Source: Minisyncoccia bacterium
Lineage (GTDB): Bacteria > Patescibacteriota > Minisyncoccia > UBA6257 > GWB1-50-10
Reading direction: 5' to 3'
NCBI GenBank assembly: GCA_049997815.1
Contig: JBEKVQ010000001.1
Span: 20,642 to 84,641 of the forward strand
DNA: 64,000 bases
The notes under the pieces are model-generated. The model was not told where the DNA came from. It made no database searches and saw only the letters and a program-made list of their open reading frames with translations. Below, in pieces: positions 39,806-48,782 of this stretch; the stretch's first letter is position 1, and every line of letters starts with the position of its first letter. Position numbers and translations under genes: made by a program.

Positions 39806-40403
39806 TCCCTCGCCTCTCGGCTTCGCCTCGGGCTGGGCACCGCCTCGCGTGCCTTCGGCACATGCTCCGGCGTTCTAATCATCACGCGAGCCGAGCAGTC
39901 GGCTCACTTACCCTCTCGCAAAATTAAGACGCCGTTTACGCGGCGTCATTTTGCGGTGTGTCTCGGTTTAGGACCAAGACCGCTTGAATCAGTATAAGGC
40001 TTCTTTGGGGGTCGTTCAATTTCTGGGAATTGAGGCGTCAAGGTCTGGGGTTAAAACCAGACTCCGAACAGACGGAAAGATGACCAAACACCTAAGGAGA
40101 TAAGAGTGGCTGCAGTGAGGACATATGCAATCCCGAATTCAATTTTTGGATGGATATATATGCCCAATTTTTCACAAATAGCTCTAATCAACGCACGATA
40201 GGTCCAATGTGTGATGCTTCCGATCAAGCTGTTAATCAGAGAAAATATGTTTCTTGTTCGCCTCATTTGAGGAGAATATGACCAAATTAGGTCAGGGTCA
40301 AATGAGACAAATGGGACACCGAAAGGGTATTTCGCGCCCTATCTCATTTCGCTTGGTTGTATCCAAAAAGCCAAAAAATGCCAATTTTTTACGCCCCTCT
40401 ATA

Positions 40404-40880
40404 TTATATAATCCTGCACTCCATGAGGTGACGACAGAGCGCCTCCCGGCTCACAATATATTTTGTTGAGAGTTTATCGAGGTCGGGTTCTTTTTTATAA
40501 TCCGCCCGAAGGAACGCAAGCGGCATCAGGAGTTCGGCGGCGAATTGACTGGCTTCCGCTTCCGGATTGTCCTCGATATTTGGGCCACCGCAGGTGTGCC
40601 CCAGCATGAGGTGGCCGATCTCGTGCGCGATCGTGAATCGCCTCCTCACCCACGCCGTGTCGGGATTGAAGCCGATCGTCGGATAGCCATTAATCATCAC
40701 CAAAAGCCCGTCCACGGCCTTCAACGGAAAACGCAGCACTTCCAAATCGTGCCGCGCTTTCAAATACCGGATAATCTTCGGCAAGAAAATCGGGATTTCC
40801 CCGGCCCGGGCATCCTTGAGAAGCTTCCGGGCGATGTTCCGTATCACGCCTACGCTAGCCCTGACCTCTGTCCTTTCCAT
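40404..40880 (-). CDS. ImmA/IrrE family metallopeptidase
   Basis: RRRFTIAHEIGH...EAEASQFAAELLMP. Confidence 0.92.
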   Translation of the reverse strand: MERTEVRASVGVIRNIARKLLKDARAGEIPIFLPKIIRYLKARHDLEVLRFPLKAVDGLLVMINGYPTIGFNPDTAWVRRRFTIAHEIGHLMLGHTCGGPNIEDNPEAEASQFAAELLMPLAFLRADYKKEPDLDKLSTKYIVSREALCRHLMECRII

Positions 40881-41208
40881 GGCGTTTTTCGGCGAGCTCG
40901 ATGAAATGGAGGACCGCCGCCTTATCCTCGTCGGTCAAATTCTTGCTCGCCCGGAGAGCCACTTTTAAATCCATCTTTTTACCCTCCTGACCGAGAAAAT
41001 ATCCGATGTTCTGGTGGAGAACCTCGGCTGCTTTCTGCAAATCTTCGGCCTTGAATCGGCGTTCTCCGGCCTCGATCAAGGACACGGCGGTCGCCGATTC
41101 ATATCCCAATTCCTTGGCGAATTGGGCTTGGGAAAGCCCGGCTTTCTCCCGAGCCTCCCGCAGGCGCTTGCCGATCTCGACGTTCAAGTCCTCACCTTTC
41201 ATAGGCAT
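40855..41208 (-). CDS. XRE-family HTH repressor (ImmR-like)
   Basis: IGKRLREAREKAGLSQAQFAKELG...VSLIEAGER; overlaps the ImmA gene. Confidence 0.92.
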   Translation of the reverse strand: MPMKGEDLNVEIGKRLREAREKAGLSQAQFAKELGYESATAVSLIEAGERRFKAEDLQKAAEVLHQNIGYFLGQEGKKMDLKVALRASKNLTDEDKAAVLHFIELAEKRHGKDRGQG

Positions 41209-41252
41209 GATTATATATTAGCACATTGATATGTTATCCCCATCAGATTGAT

Positions 41253-41281
41253 TTGACAACGGATTAGCATTTTGGTAAACT
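41253..41281 (+). promoter_or_regulatory. Rightward promoter of the methyltransferase operon
   Basis: TTGACA (41253-41258), 17 nt, TGgTAAACT. Confidence 0.6.
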
Positions 41282-41305
41282 TATATTACCATAACGATAA
41301 ATACC

Positions 41306-42586
41306 ATGTTGCCCAAAAACATTAAAATAGAGCAGGTGCCAGTGAAGGACCTAAAACCCGCCGCGTATAACCCGAGGAAATGGGATGAAAAGGCCCTCGC
41401 TGACATGAAAGAGAGCATTTCCCGCTTCGGCCTCTGCGACCCCCTGATCGTGAACGGGGCTCCGGCACGGAAGAACGTCGTGATCGGCGGCCATCTCCGG
41501 CTGAAGGTCGCGACGCTTCTAGGACACGCCGAGGTGCCCGTCGTCTATCTGAACATTCCGGAGATCGAGCGGGAGAAAGAGCTGAATCTGAGATTGAACA
41601 AAAATGTCGGCGCGTGGGACGAAGAACTCTTGAAGGCGTTTGACACGGATCTCCTCCTCGATGTTGGGTTCACGCCGGACGAACTGAATTCGTTCTTCGA
41701 CGACGTGCTTGAGATTTCTGACGATGGCTTTGATGTTGAAGAAGAGCTCGCAAAAATCACCAAGCCGGAGACGAAGCCCGGCGACTTGTACCAACTGGGC
41801 GGCCATCGCCTGCTCTGCGGCGATGCGCTCGACCCCGCGCAGGTCGCGAAGCTCATGGATACGGAACGCGCTCACATGATATTTTCCGATCCGCCGTACA
41901 ATATCGCCCTCGACTACAGGAAGGGCATCGGCACCAAAGGCAAATACACGACGGAGAAATTGGTCAACGATAGCAAGGGAACAAAAGAATATGAAACGTT
42001 TCTCGGGGACGCGCTCAGGAACGCACTCACCGCGAGCCGGCCCGACGCGCACATCTTCTTCTGGTGCGATGAAAAGTACGTGTGGCTGCTCCAGACGCTC
42101 TATGAGAAGTACGGCGTGGCGAACCGGCGGCTTTGCCTCTGGGTCAAAAACAACTTCGACCCCACGCCGCAGGTGGCGTTCAACAAAGTGATTGAACTGT
42201 GCGTATACGGCACGAAAGGCAGCCCCGCGCTCAATCCGAGCATCCGGAATCTTTCCGAGGTGCTGAACAAGGAAGCGAACTCCGTCGGCCTCTACGACGA
42301 CCTCATGTCAATCGTCCAGCTCTGGCTCGTGAAGCGGGACACGACGACCGACTACGAGCACCCCACCCAGAAGCCGATCACGCTCTGCGAAAAGCCAATC
42401 AAGCGGTGCAGTGCGCCGGGCGACATAATCCTCGACCTCTTCGGCGGGTCGGGCAGCACTCTGATCGCCGCAGAACAATTGAAGCGCCGGGCATTCCTCG
42501 TCGAGATCGACCCGACCTTCTGCGACCTCATCGTCCGCCGATGGGAGCATTCCACCGGAAGCCATGCCAAACTCATCAAAAAATAA
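41306..42586 (+). CDS. ParB/Srx domain fused to an N4/N6 DNA methyltransferase (beta class)
   Basis: YNPR...IGGHLR ParB domain; DPPY, HPTQKP, DLFGGSGST. Confidence 0.92.
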   Translation: MLPKNIKIEQVPVKDLKPAAYNPRKWDEKALADMKESISRFGLCDPLIVNGAPARKNVVIGGHLRLKVATLLGHAEVPVVYLNIPEIEREKELNLRLNKNVGAWDEELLKAFDTDLLLDVGFTPDELNSFFDDVLEISDDGFDVEEELAKITKPETKPGDLYQLGGHRLLCGDALDPAQVAKLMDTERAHMIFSDPPYNIALDYRKGIGTKGKYTTEKLVNDSKGTKEYETFLGDALRNALTASRPDAHIFFWCDEKYVWLLQTLYEKYGVANRRLCLWVKNNFDPTPQVAFNKVIELCVYGTKGSPALNPSIRNLSEVLNKEANSVGLYDDLMSIVQLWLVKRDTTTDYEHPTQKPITLCEKPIKRCSAPGDIILDLFGGSGSTLIAAEQLKRRAFLVEIDPTFCDLIVRRWEHSTGSHAKLIKK

Positions 42587-43328
42587 AATATGGAAACTGG
42601 GAAATCATCGGTTGCTCCTCGGAGATGCCGCAAAGCAAGAGGATATTGCCCGGGTTTTGGGTAAAGAAAAGGCATCTCTCTTGCTCACCGACCCGCCCTA
42701 CGGCGTGGGCTACGTCGAAGGCAAACAGGAATTTCTGGCGATCATCCACAAAGGAAGCGGCGGCGCAAAGTTTTCCGCCATTGCGGGCGATTCCCCCGAA
42801 GATGACTACTACAACTTTTCCCTCCGGTGGCTCGAGGCCGTGCGGCCGCACCTCGCGGAGAAAAACAGCTTCTATATCTTCAATGGCGACACGAAGCTGC
42901 GGGAACTTTTAAACGCCCTTTATGATGCCCGCTATGTAAAGTCCGCGCTGCTCATCTGGATCAAAAACCATCTCGTCATCGGCCGCAAGGATTACCATCC
43001 CCAGCACGAACTTATCGTCTACGGCTGGTACGGCAGGCATGCTTTCTTCGGACAAAAAGACAAAAGCGCCCTCTTTTATCCCAAGCCGCAAAAGAGCACG
43101 CTCCATCCCACCATGAAACCGCCCGCCCTCCTGCGGCGGCTCATCTACCATTCAAGCCAGCCGGGAGACGCGGTGCTCGATCCCTTCGGCGGGTCGGGTT
43201 CCACCCTGATCGCCTGCGAGCATCTCAGCCGAAGGTGCTTCATGATCGAGCGCGATGAGGGATATTGCCGGACCATCATCGACCGGTGGCAGAAGCTTAC
43301 CAAACAAAAGGCCAAATCACTCGCATGA
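42564..43328 (+). CDS. N4/N6 DNA methyltransferase (beta class)
   Basis: TDPPY, HPTMKP, DPFGGSGST. Confidence 0.92.
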   Translation: MPNSSKNKIWKLGNHRLLLGDAAKQEDIARVLGKEKASLLLTDPPYGVGYVEGKQEFLAIIHKGSGGAKFSAIAGDSPEDDYYNFSLRWLEAVRPHLAEKNSFYIFNGDTKLRELLNALYDARYVKSALLIWIKNHLVIGRKDYHPQHELIVYGWYGRHAFFGQKDKSALFYPKPQKSTLHPTMKPPALLRRLIYHSSQPGDAVLDPFGGSGSTLIACEHLSRRCFMIERDEGYCRTIIDRWQKLTKQKAKSLA

Positions 43329-43717
43329 ACACGGATAGCGATGACAATACCAAAACGCCGAACGTCTACAAGAAGCGCGAATTCGAATCGTATGTCTTGT
43401 GGCGGTCGATGCCTTCGATCCTGCGCGGCCAGCCGCGGCACGTTATCGAAAGGCTGGGCATCGACGACGAGCTCGCCATATCGCTCCTCGATATCAAGAA
43501 CCAGACCGAATTCGCCCAGCGCTTCGGAATCAAGGACTTGGGGACCTTGACCGAGTGGAACAAGAAGATCGAGGAGGCGGGCGGCCTCATGAAGAGCATC
43601 CACCTCTGGGCGAAGCGGCTCACCCCGAATGTGGTCTCGGCCCTCTACCGCGAGGCCACGAAAACCGGGCGGGCAGCCGAAGTCAAAGCGTGGATGGAAA
43701 TAGTCGAAGGAATGTAA
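43325..43717 (+). CDS. HTH protein resembling phage small terminase subunits
   Basis: ATGA overlap with the MTase; NQTEFAQRFGI...TLTEW HTH followed by TPNVVSALYREA...G...KAW. Confidence 0.55.
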   Translation: MNTDSDDNTKTPNVYKKREFESYVLWRSMPSILRGQPRHVIERLGIDDELAISLLDIKNQTEFAQRFGIKDLGTLTEWNKKIEEAGGLMKSIHLWAKRLTPNVVSALYREATKTGRAAEVKAWMEIVEGM

Positions 43718-43725
43718 CCAACACC

Positions 43726-43938
43726 ATGGATCAAGCAAACAAAAACAAAGTGCTGACGATCGACGAGGCGGCGGCCATTCTTTCCGAGACGCTCGAAGAG
43801 GTGACTCAGCGGAAAACCTCCCTGCGCCGGGCGATGACGATCTCGCGCCTCGCGCTTGCGCTCGCGAAGGTCGCAGAGATCAAAGACCTCAAGGACCGGG
43901 TCGAGTTTCTTGAGCAGGCGTTAAAGAAAAGGAAATGA
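43726..43938 (+). CDS. Small helical/coiled-coil hypothetical protein (70 aa)
   Basis: Fills the operon gap exactly; ends in LKDRVEFLEQAL. Confidence 0.7.
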   Translation: MDQANKNKVLTIDEAAAILSETLEEVTQRKTSLRRAMTISRLALALAKVAEIKDLKDRVEFLEQALKKRK

Positions 43939-43939
43939 C

Positions 43940-45787
43940 ATGAAAAACATTTTGAACATATTGAGCCGGGAGAACAATCTCACGCCGCGGGAAAAGTTTC
44001 TCCTCTTGGTCAAAAACGACACCCAAAAAGCCAAAACCGGCAAAGACATGCTGACCGAGGCCGACAAAGAAGCGCTCGAAAACTGGCATGCCAAGACGAG
44101 CGAGGAAGCCCGAGAATGGAACCAGTTAAACGAGGGCTGGAAATACGGCGGCCGCATGGACATCGAGGCCGAGTTTGCCTATAAAGACGCCCAGGTGGCC
44201 TACCTGTCTCAGCTGCCCATCATCGTCGACCTTTTATATTACCCGGGAGATCGGCGGATGGGCTCCTGCATCGATGGCCTCAAGCGCCTCAAAAAAGTGA
44301 CGATAGACGAGGCGGTCGCGATCGCCCAAAAGCAGAAAGCGGCAAAACTCAGCGAAGGCTTGGATTTTGAATATGCCGTCTATCAACTAGCCTTTGAACT
44401 TTTGAGCGATGATGACAAAAAAAGCATGAAAGCGCTTTACGAGGACGTAGAGTTCGATCATCAGTATCTCGATCAGGAGGAAATCATCGCCCACCTCTAC
44501 CACGGCCGAAAAACACTGAGCCGGGAAGCGAAGGAAAAACTGGCTGAGCTCGTAGCCGAGCAGAGTTACAACGGGTTTGCTAAGGAGTACCAGCTGTTCC
44601 ACTATTTCGCCTGCATTCCCGTCCTTGAGGTGGCGAGATACTATCTCAAGCACCACGGAATCGAAATTGCGGGCGCACCCATGCCAAAAAATCAAGAAGC
44701 GCAGGATGGGGATGAAGACACCCACAATGCGGTAATGAAAGCTATGCAAAAATACGCCGAGGAGCATGGCATCACCATCAAGGCCATGCTACGCGAAGCC
44801 TGCCTCCGGTGGATTGACGAAGACCTCCTTGAGGAATATCTGCCCCTTGCGGCAAGCAACAGCGCGGACCTTTTGGAGAGGTGGTTTGGGAGCAAGGGCG
44901 AGGCCCGGAAAATCTTGCTCAAGCACGTTCAATCGGGCGAACTCGCCTTTAGAGACCGGACGGATAAGGAAACTAGGAAGGAAAAATTGTATAGCAAGGG
45001 TCTTGGCGACCGCGAGGCTGAATCGGCCCGGATGGCTCTGGAGAACTTCAACCTCAAGCCCATCCTCAAGGGGGAGCTTGACGAGAAAGTCGCCTTTGAG
45101 ACATTCAGTGATAGAGTCATTACTGGTGAAAGCCTCTATGCGTTCACCGGAAATTATCGGTTTGTTAAGGAATTCAAAAAACGGGTCGATACCTACGATG
45201 CCAACCTGGGTCTCGTCTACGCCGAGAGCGACCCCGAACAAAAAGGCGAACACCTCGACCAGGAGCTTCTGATCTGCGACCTGACCGATAAAGGCGAGGC
45301 CGCCCCTTTCAGCTTCTACGGCATCAATATGACGCTGCTCTCGAGCATCTTCCGAGGACACTCCTTATTCGAAGAATTCCGGAAAAACGGCAAACTCTGG
45401 ATCAGATTCAAGAATGCGGAGATACAAAAGACGTTTATGGAACGGAGGCAAACGCTCATGGATGGGTACGCAAATCTGCTTGCGATCGAGGGTGTTTTCA
45501 AAAAACTCTCCCCGATGTACGAGATCGATATGGCCGAGCATGTCTCCGGCCGGCTCGCCACGGTACGGGAGTTCATCGAACAGTACAACCAGGCGGTGCG
45601 CACAGCGACGAACACCGACGACAAATCGCGGAAATCAAAAAACACTTTCCTTCAAGAGAAAGAGGAAATGCTGTTTGAAGACGACATAGTGATCGATATC
45701 GACGCTATAGAACCGAACCACGACATCGTGGGGGAACATGAAGCGAAACTGAGAGGGATTTTCCCCGTCTTCGGCGACGGTCGGTAA
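43940..45787 (+). CDS. Hypothetical protein (615 aa, charged, probably helical)
   Basis: Long ORF starting 1 nt after the upstream stop; no motif recognised. Confidence 0.85.
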   Translation: MKNILNILSRENNLTPREKFLLLVKNDTQKAKTGKDMLTEADKEALENWHAKTSEEAREWNQLNEGWKYGGRMDIEAEFAYKDAQVAYLSQLPIIVDLLYYPGDRRMGSCIDGLKRLKKVTIDEAVAIAQKQKAAKLSEGLDFEYAVYQLAFELLSDDDKKSMKALYEDVEFDHQYLDQEEIIAHLYHGRKTLSREAKEKLAELVAEQSYNGFAKEYQLFHYFACIPVLEVARYYLKHHGIEIAGAPMPKNQEAQDGDEDTHNAVMKAMQKYAEEHGITIKAMLREACLRWIDEDLLEEYLPLAASNSADLLERWFGSKGEARKILLKHVQSGELAFRDRTDKETRKEKLYSKGLGDREAESARMALENFNLKPILKGELDEKVAFETFSDRVITGESLYAFTGNYRFVKEFKKRVDTYDANLGLVYAESDPEQKGEHLDQELLICDLTDKGEAAPFSFYGINMTLLSSIFRGHSLFEEFRKNGKLWIRFKNAEIQKTFMERRQTLMDGYANLLAIEGVFKKLSPMYEIDMAEHVSGRLATVREFIEQYNQAVRTATNTDDKSRKSKNTFLQEKEEMLFEDDIVIDIDAIEPNHDIVGEHEAKLRGIFPVFGDGR

Positions 45788-45840
45788 CGCAGAAATCCCA
45801 GCCAACGACCCCTTGCGGTACCCGAACTGGATCGAGTGGT

Positions 45841-46905
45841 TTAGGGCGATTCTAACCGAGAGTCATTCCAGTAATCGTGAGACTGAAACCAAAACTCGTT
45901 TTTCAGCCTCTCGCTCAATCTTCGTGTGTTGGCGTGAGACAGAACGCCGAGATATGACTGAATGGACTGCTCGAAACTCAGCTTAGAGATTTTTCTAGTC
46001 TCGTATTTTTTCATCCTTTCTTCCATTTTTTTAAACATCCTATGTTTGGTTTTTGACCGGATGAGTCTGTGGTGAGGGAAAATAACATAGCCAAGGAAAT
46101 CCACTCCTTGACATACTGAACGAAGTATGCTTTTATTAGGATGTAACTTAAGTGCGAGTTCATTTTCAAGAAATTCAGAGATCGGATTCAGAAGCTTTTC
46201 CAATTCTTCGGGGCTTTCCGAGACCAGGGCGAAATCATCGGTGTAGCGGACGTAGTGTTTTACTTTCAACCTATGCTTCACAAACTGATCAAGTTCGTTC
46301 ATATAGACATTGGCAAAGAGCTGGGAGGTCAGATTCCCTATGGGGATGCCCTTCCCCGGTGCACTCTCGTAACTCCTCACAATAGACTCCAAAAGCCACA
46401 GCGCATCAACGTCTTTGATGCGTTTTTTGATTATGGAAAGCAGGATTTCGTGGCTAACGGAGTCAAAGAACTTCCGGACATCACATTTCAGTACAAAACA
46501 GGGATGAGTGTTGTTCCGGCTTACTTCCCTCATAATCTTCTCCAAAACTTCCACCCCTTTATGAGTGCCAAAACCCACCCGACACGAAAACGAAGTTGGA
46601 ATGAAGGTCGGCTCGAAGACCGGGTTCACGACCGAGAAGACTGCGTGATGGAGAATCCGATCCCGAACCGTGGCCTTGTGGATATGACGCAGTTTTGGGT
46701 CAGTGATGTAAAAGCCTTTATACGGACCATGCTTATAGGTCTTACTTTTCAAATCCCGGTGAAGTTGAAAAATATTTCGCTCAAGATTCCATTCGAAACT
46801 CTGGACATCCGGCTTACCCCGCTTATCGCTCTTGAACGAATCCCAGGCCGAGAAGAGGTTCTCCGGCGAGATAATTCTTTCAAAAATGTTTTTATAGATC
46901 TTCAT
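45841..46905 (-). CDS. DGR reverse transcriptase
   Basis: RDRILHHA, KCDVRKFFDS, GIPIGNLTSQLFAN, YVRYTDD, GVDFLGY; no maturase or endonuclease extension. Confidence 0.95.
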   Translation of the reverse strand: MKIYKNIFERIISPENLFSAWDSFKSDKRGKPDVQSFEWNLERNIFQLHRDLKSKTYKHGPYKGFYITDPKLRHIHKATVRDRILHHAVFSVVNPVFEPTFIPTSFSCRVGFGTHKGVEVLEKIMREVSRNNTHPCFVLKCDVRKFFDSVSHEILLSIIKKRIKDVDALWLLESIVRSYESAPGKGIPIGNLTSQLFANVYMNELDQFVKHRLKVKHYVRYTDDFALVSESPEELEKLLNPISEFLENELALKLHPNKSILRSVCQGVDFLGYVIFPHHRLIRSKTKHRMFKKMEERMKKYETRKISKLSFEQSIQSYLGVLSHANTRRLSERLKNEFWFQSHDYWNDSRLESP

Positions 46906-46924
46906 AAAAGGTATTCAATAACCT

Positions 46925-47275
46925 ATGGATGATTTCGACATTCCGATATTCAAAAAATCATACGAACTTTACAAAACGTTCTATGGATACCGTACCATTA
47001 TTGCCAAGCAGGACAGATACGCCATATGGCAGAGATCCGAGGATACAACCTTGGAGATTCTCGAAGGGATCCTTGCAGCCAGTCAGGCGTATAAAACGGA
47101 CAAACTACCAGCCCTTGAGAAAGTCAGTCTCAAACTGAACATTCTGCGCGTCTTTCTTCGGCTCATGAAAGAGGTAAAAACGCTGGATAATAAGAAGTAC
47201 ATCGCGCTCCAGTCGCTCGTGGATGAGATCGGGAGAATGCTCGGCGGATGGATTAAATCCACCAAAGAAAGATAG
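46925..47275 (+). CDS. avd: DGR accessory variability determinant (Avd-like four-helix bundle)
   Basis: IPIFKKSYEL...DRYAI...EIGRMLGGWIK pattern; adjacent to RT and TR. Confidence 0.88.
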   Translation: MDDFDIPIFKKSYELYKTFYGYRTIIAKQDRYAIWQRSEDTTLEILEGILAASQAYKTDKLPALEKVSLKLNILRVFLRLMKEVKTLDNKKYIALQSLVDEIGRMLGGWIKSTKER

Positions 47276-47278
47276 GGA

Positions 47279-47305
47279 GAATGCCCGCTATTTTAGCGGG
47301 TATTC
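47279..47305. other. Hairpin 3' of TR (avd terminator and/or DGR RNA spacer structure)
   Basis: GAATGCCCGCTA-TTT-TAGCGGGTATTC. Confidence 0.6.
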
Positions 47306-47323
47306 CACCTTCATTGAGGAGTG

Positions 47324-47452
47324 ACTTCGAGACGAAGCCGGAAGCCGAACCATAGTTGTCGTTAGCATTGCTGACCCAGTTCGTGTTGAACTTGACCTTG
47401 TCGTCGTTGAACTTGAAGTTCGGGGCGTTGTCGAAATCGCCATCGGCCTCAG
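47324..47452 (-). repeat. DGR template repeat (TR)
   Basis: 129-nt ungapped match to VR; all 29 mismatches fall on TR adenines; rich in AAC codons. Confidence 0.95.
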
Positions 47453-47725
47453 AAATCATTGCCCTCGTCCATCCACGTCACTGGAAATCAAGGTTTACCG
47501 CTCAATAAGAGCTTATATCCTCTCAATCCTGTATTTTATCCGGCAGCATCTCTAAAAAGAAAACCTGCACCAGACAAGAGCAAGCAGTAATCTCCTCAAT
47601 ACAATACGCTCTTGGAAACCTTGACCTCCAAGATTCTGATTGTTTTTCTCTTCCTTGAAGAGAGAGTTCGGTGACGGCAATCCGTGAACTACCGTTCATG
47701 AACCTAATCTCATTCTGAATTATAC

Positions 47726-47765
47726 AAAAATAAAGAGGTTATCCACAATGAAGTGAATAACCTCT
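47726..47765 (-). terminator. Terminator of the DGR target gene, containing a DnaA-box sequence
   Basis: Minus strand AGAGGTTATTCAC/GTGGATAACCTCT then TTATTTTT; TTATCCACA at 47739-47747. Confidence 0.6.
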
Positions 47766-47840
47766 CAAAAATATGACGCGGACGAAAGGATCAAACGACA
47801 AAACGTCAAAAGGTCCAAGGGTCCAAGGTACAATGTTCGA

Positions 47841-48755
47841 TTACTGCGAGACGAAGCCGGAAGCCGAACCACAGGCGTCGCCAGCAGCGCCGACCCAGCG
47901 CGCGCCGAACCGGACCCGGCCGTCGTCGAACCCGAAGCGCGGGGCGCGGCCGAAAACGCCATCGGCCCCAGGAGAGAATTCGTCGCCGGCACAGTCGATC
48001 CAAAGATCGTCATAGTTCTGTAGACGTTCCGGATGAGTAAGAATCATTATCCCTACTGCGAAAGCACCAAGACCGAACTGGTTGTCTTTCATGACTTCCA
48101 GTGCCCGACGGACTGAACGGCCTCTGTGAAGGATGCCGAATTGCGCGGCCACGACGAGAATGTCGTGATCCTTCTGTTCTTCGCCAAGCTTCTGGAAAAT
48201 CTTCGCCGATTTCTCGGACTGACGGAGATTCTTCGGACCAAGCTGACCTTCACGGTAGTTGTAGAACTTGCCGTCGCGGGTCTTCTTGATCAGATCCAGA
48301 ACCTTCTGGACTGCTTCTCCGTAGGTCGGAGCAACACTCTGCCACTTCGGGATAGCAAACCATCCTTCGGCGTTTGCGGGAAGCGGCTGTTCGGCCAGTT
48401 TCTCGTCGGCGAATCCGATGCCGGGGATGAGCTGGCGCAGGATGTTGGTCTGCTCGGTGATACCCTTCGGTTTGTATCCGGAGAGGTATCCGTATTTCGA
48501 CGATACTTCTTCACTGGCGAACTGATTCGAAACGGAAAGTTCTTTTACTTTCGCAATCGAGAATTCCAACATCGCGGAGCGATATTCATCTCCCCGCCCG
48601 AGAAAACACTGGAGACTGTCTTTGTTGAAACCAGCCTTTTCAACGGCTATTTCGGCCACTTCTTCATTCAAGTCTTGAATGAATCGTTTGACCTGCTTTT
48701 TCTGACCGGGAGTGATCCCGTTAGATGTGATCGATGTATTTTTCATCGTCATCAC
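47841..48755 (-). CDS. DGR target protein with C-terminal VR (C-type lectin-like fold inferred)
   Basis: Last ~42 codons are the VR; no signal peptide or TM; the start may be ATG 48752 or 48746. Confidence 0.9.
   Translation of the reverse strand: MMTMKNTSITSNGITPGQKKQVKRFIQDLNEEVAEIAVEKAGFNKDSLQCFLGRGDEYRSAMLEFSIAKVKELSVSNQFASEEVSSKYGYLSGYKPKGITEQTNILRQLIPGIGFADEKLAEQPLPANAEGWFAIPKWQSVAPTYGEAVQKVLDLIKKTRDGKFYNYREGQLGPKNLRQSEKSAKIFQKLGEEQKDHDILVVAAQFGILHRGRSVRRALEVMKDNQFGLGAFAVGIMILTHPERLQNYDDLWIDCAGDEFSPGADGVFGRAPRFGFDDGRVRFGARWVGAAGDACGSASGFVSQ
47843..47971 (-). repeat. DGR variable repeat (VR)
   Basis: 3' end of the target gene; differs from TR only at adenines. Confidence 0.95.
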
Positions 48756-48782
48756 CCTTTCAATTAGTGAATGTATGGGTTA

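Noticed and set aside
40051-40266. 71-aa hydrophobic ORF near the island edge
   Set aside because: No RBS or family signal; possibly a gene remnant, too weak to call
41283-41293. ATATTACCATA shared with 48819-48829 as an XRE operator
   Set aside because: More simply the reverse complement of an extended -10 (TATGGTAATAT) at both sites
45841-46905. Group II intron or retron RT
   Set aside because: No maturase/endonuclease domain or VTG motif; the adjacent Avd and adenine-specific TR/VR pair identify a DGR
47253-47459. 68-aa ORF resembling the target C-terminus
   Set aside because: It is the TR read in frame, with no convincing initiation signal
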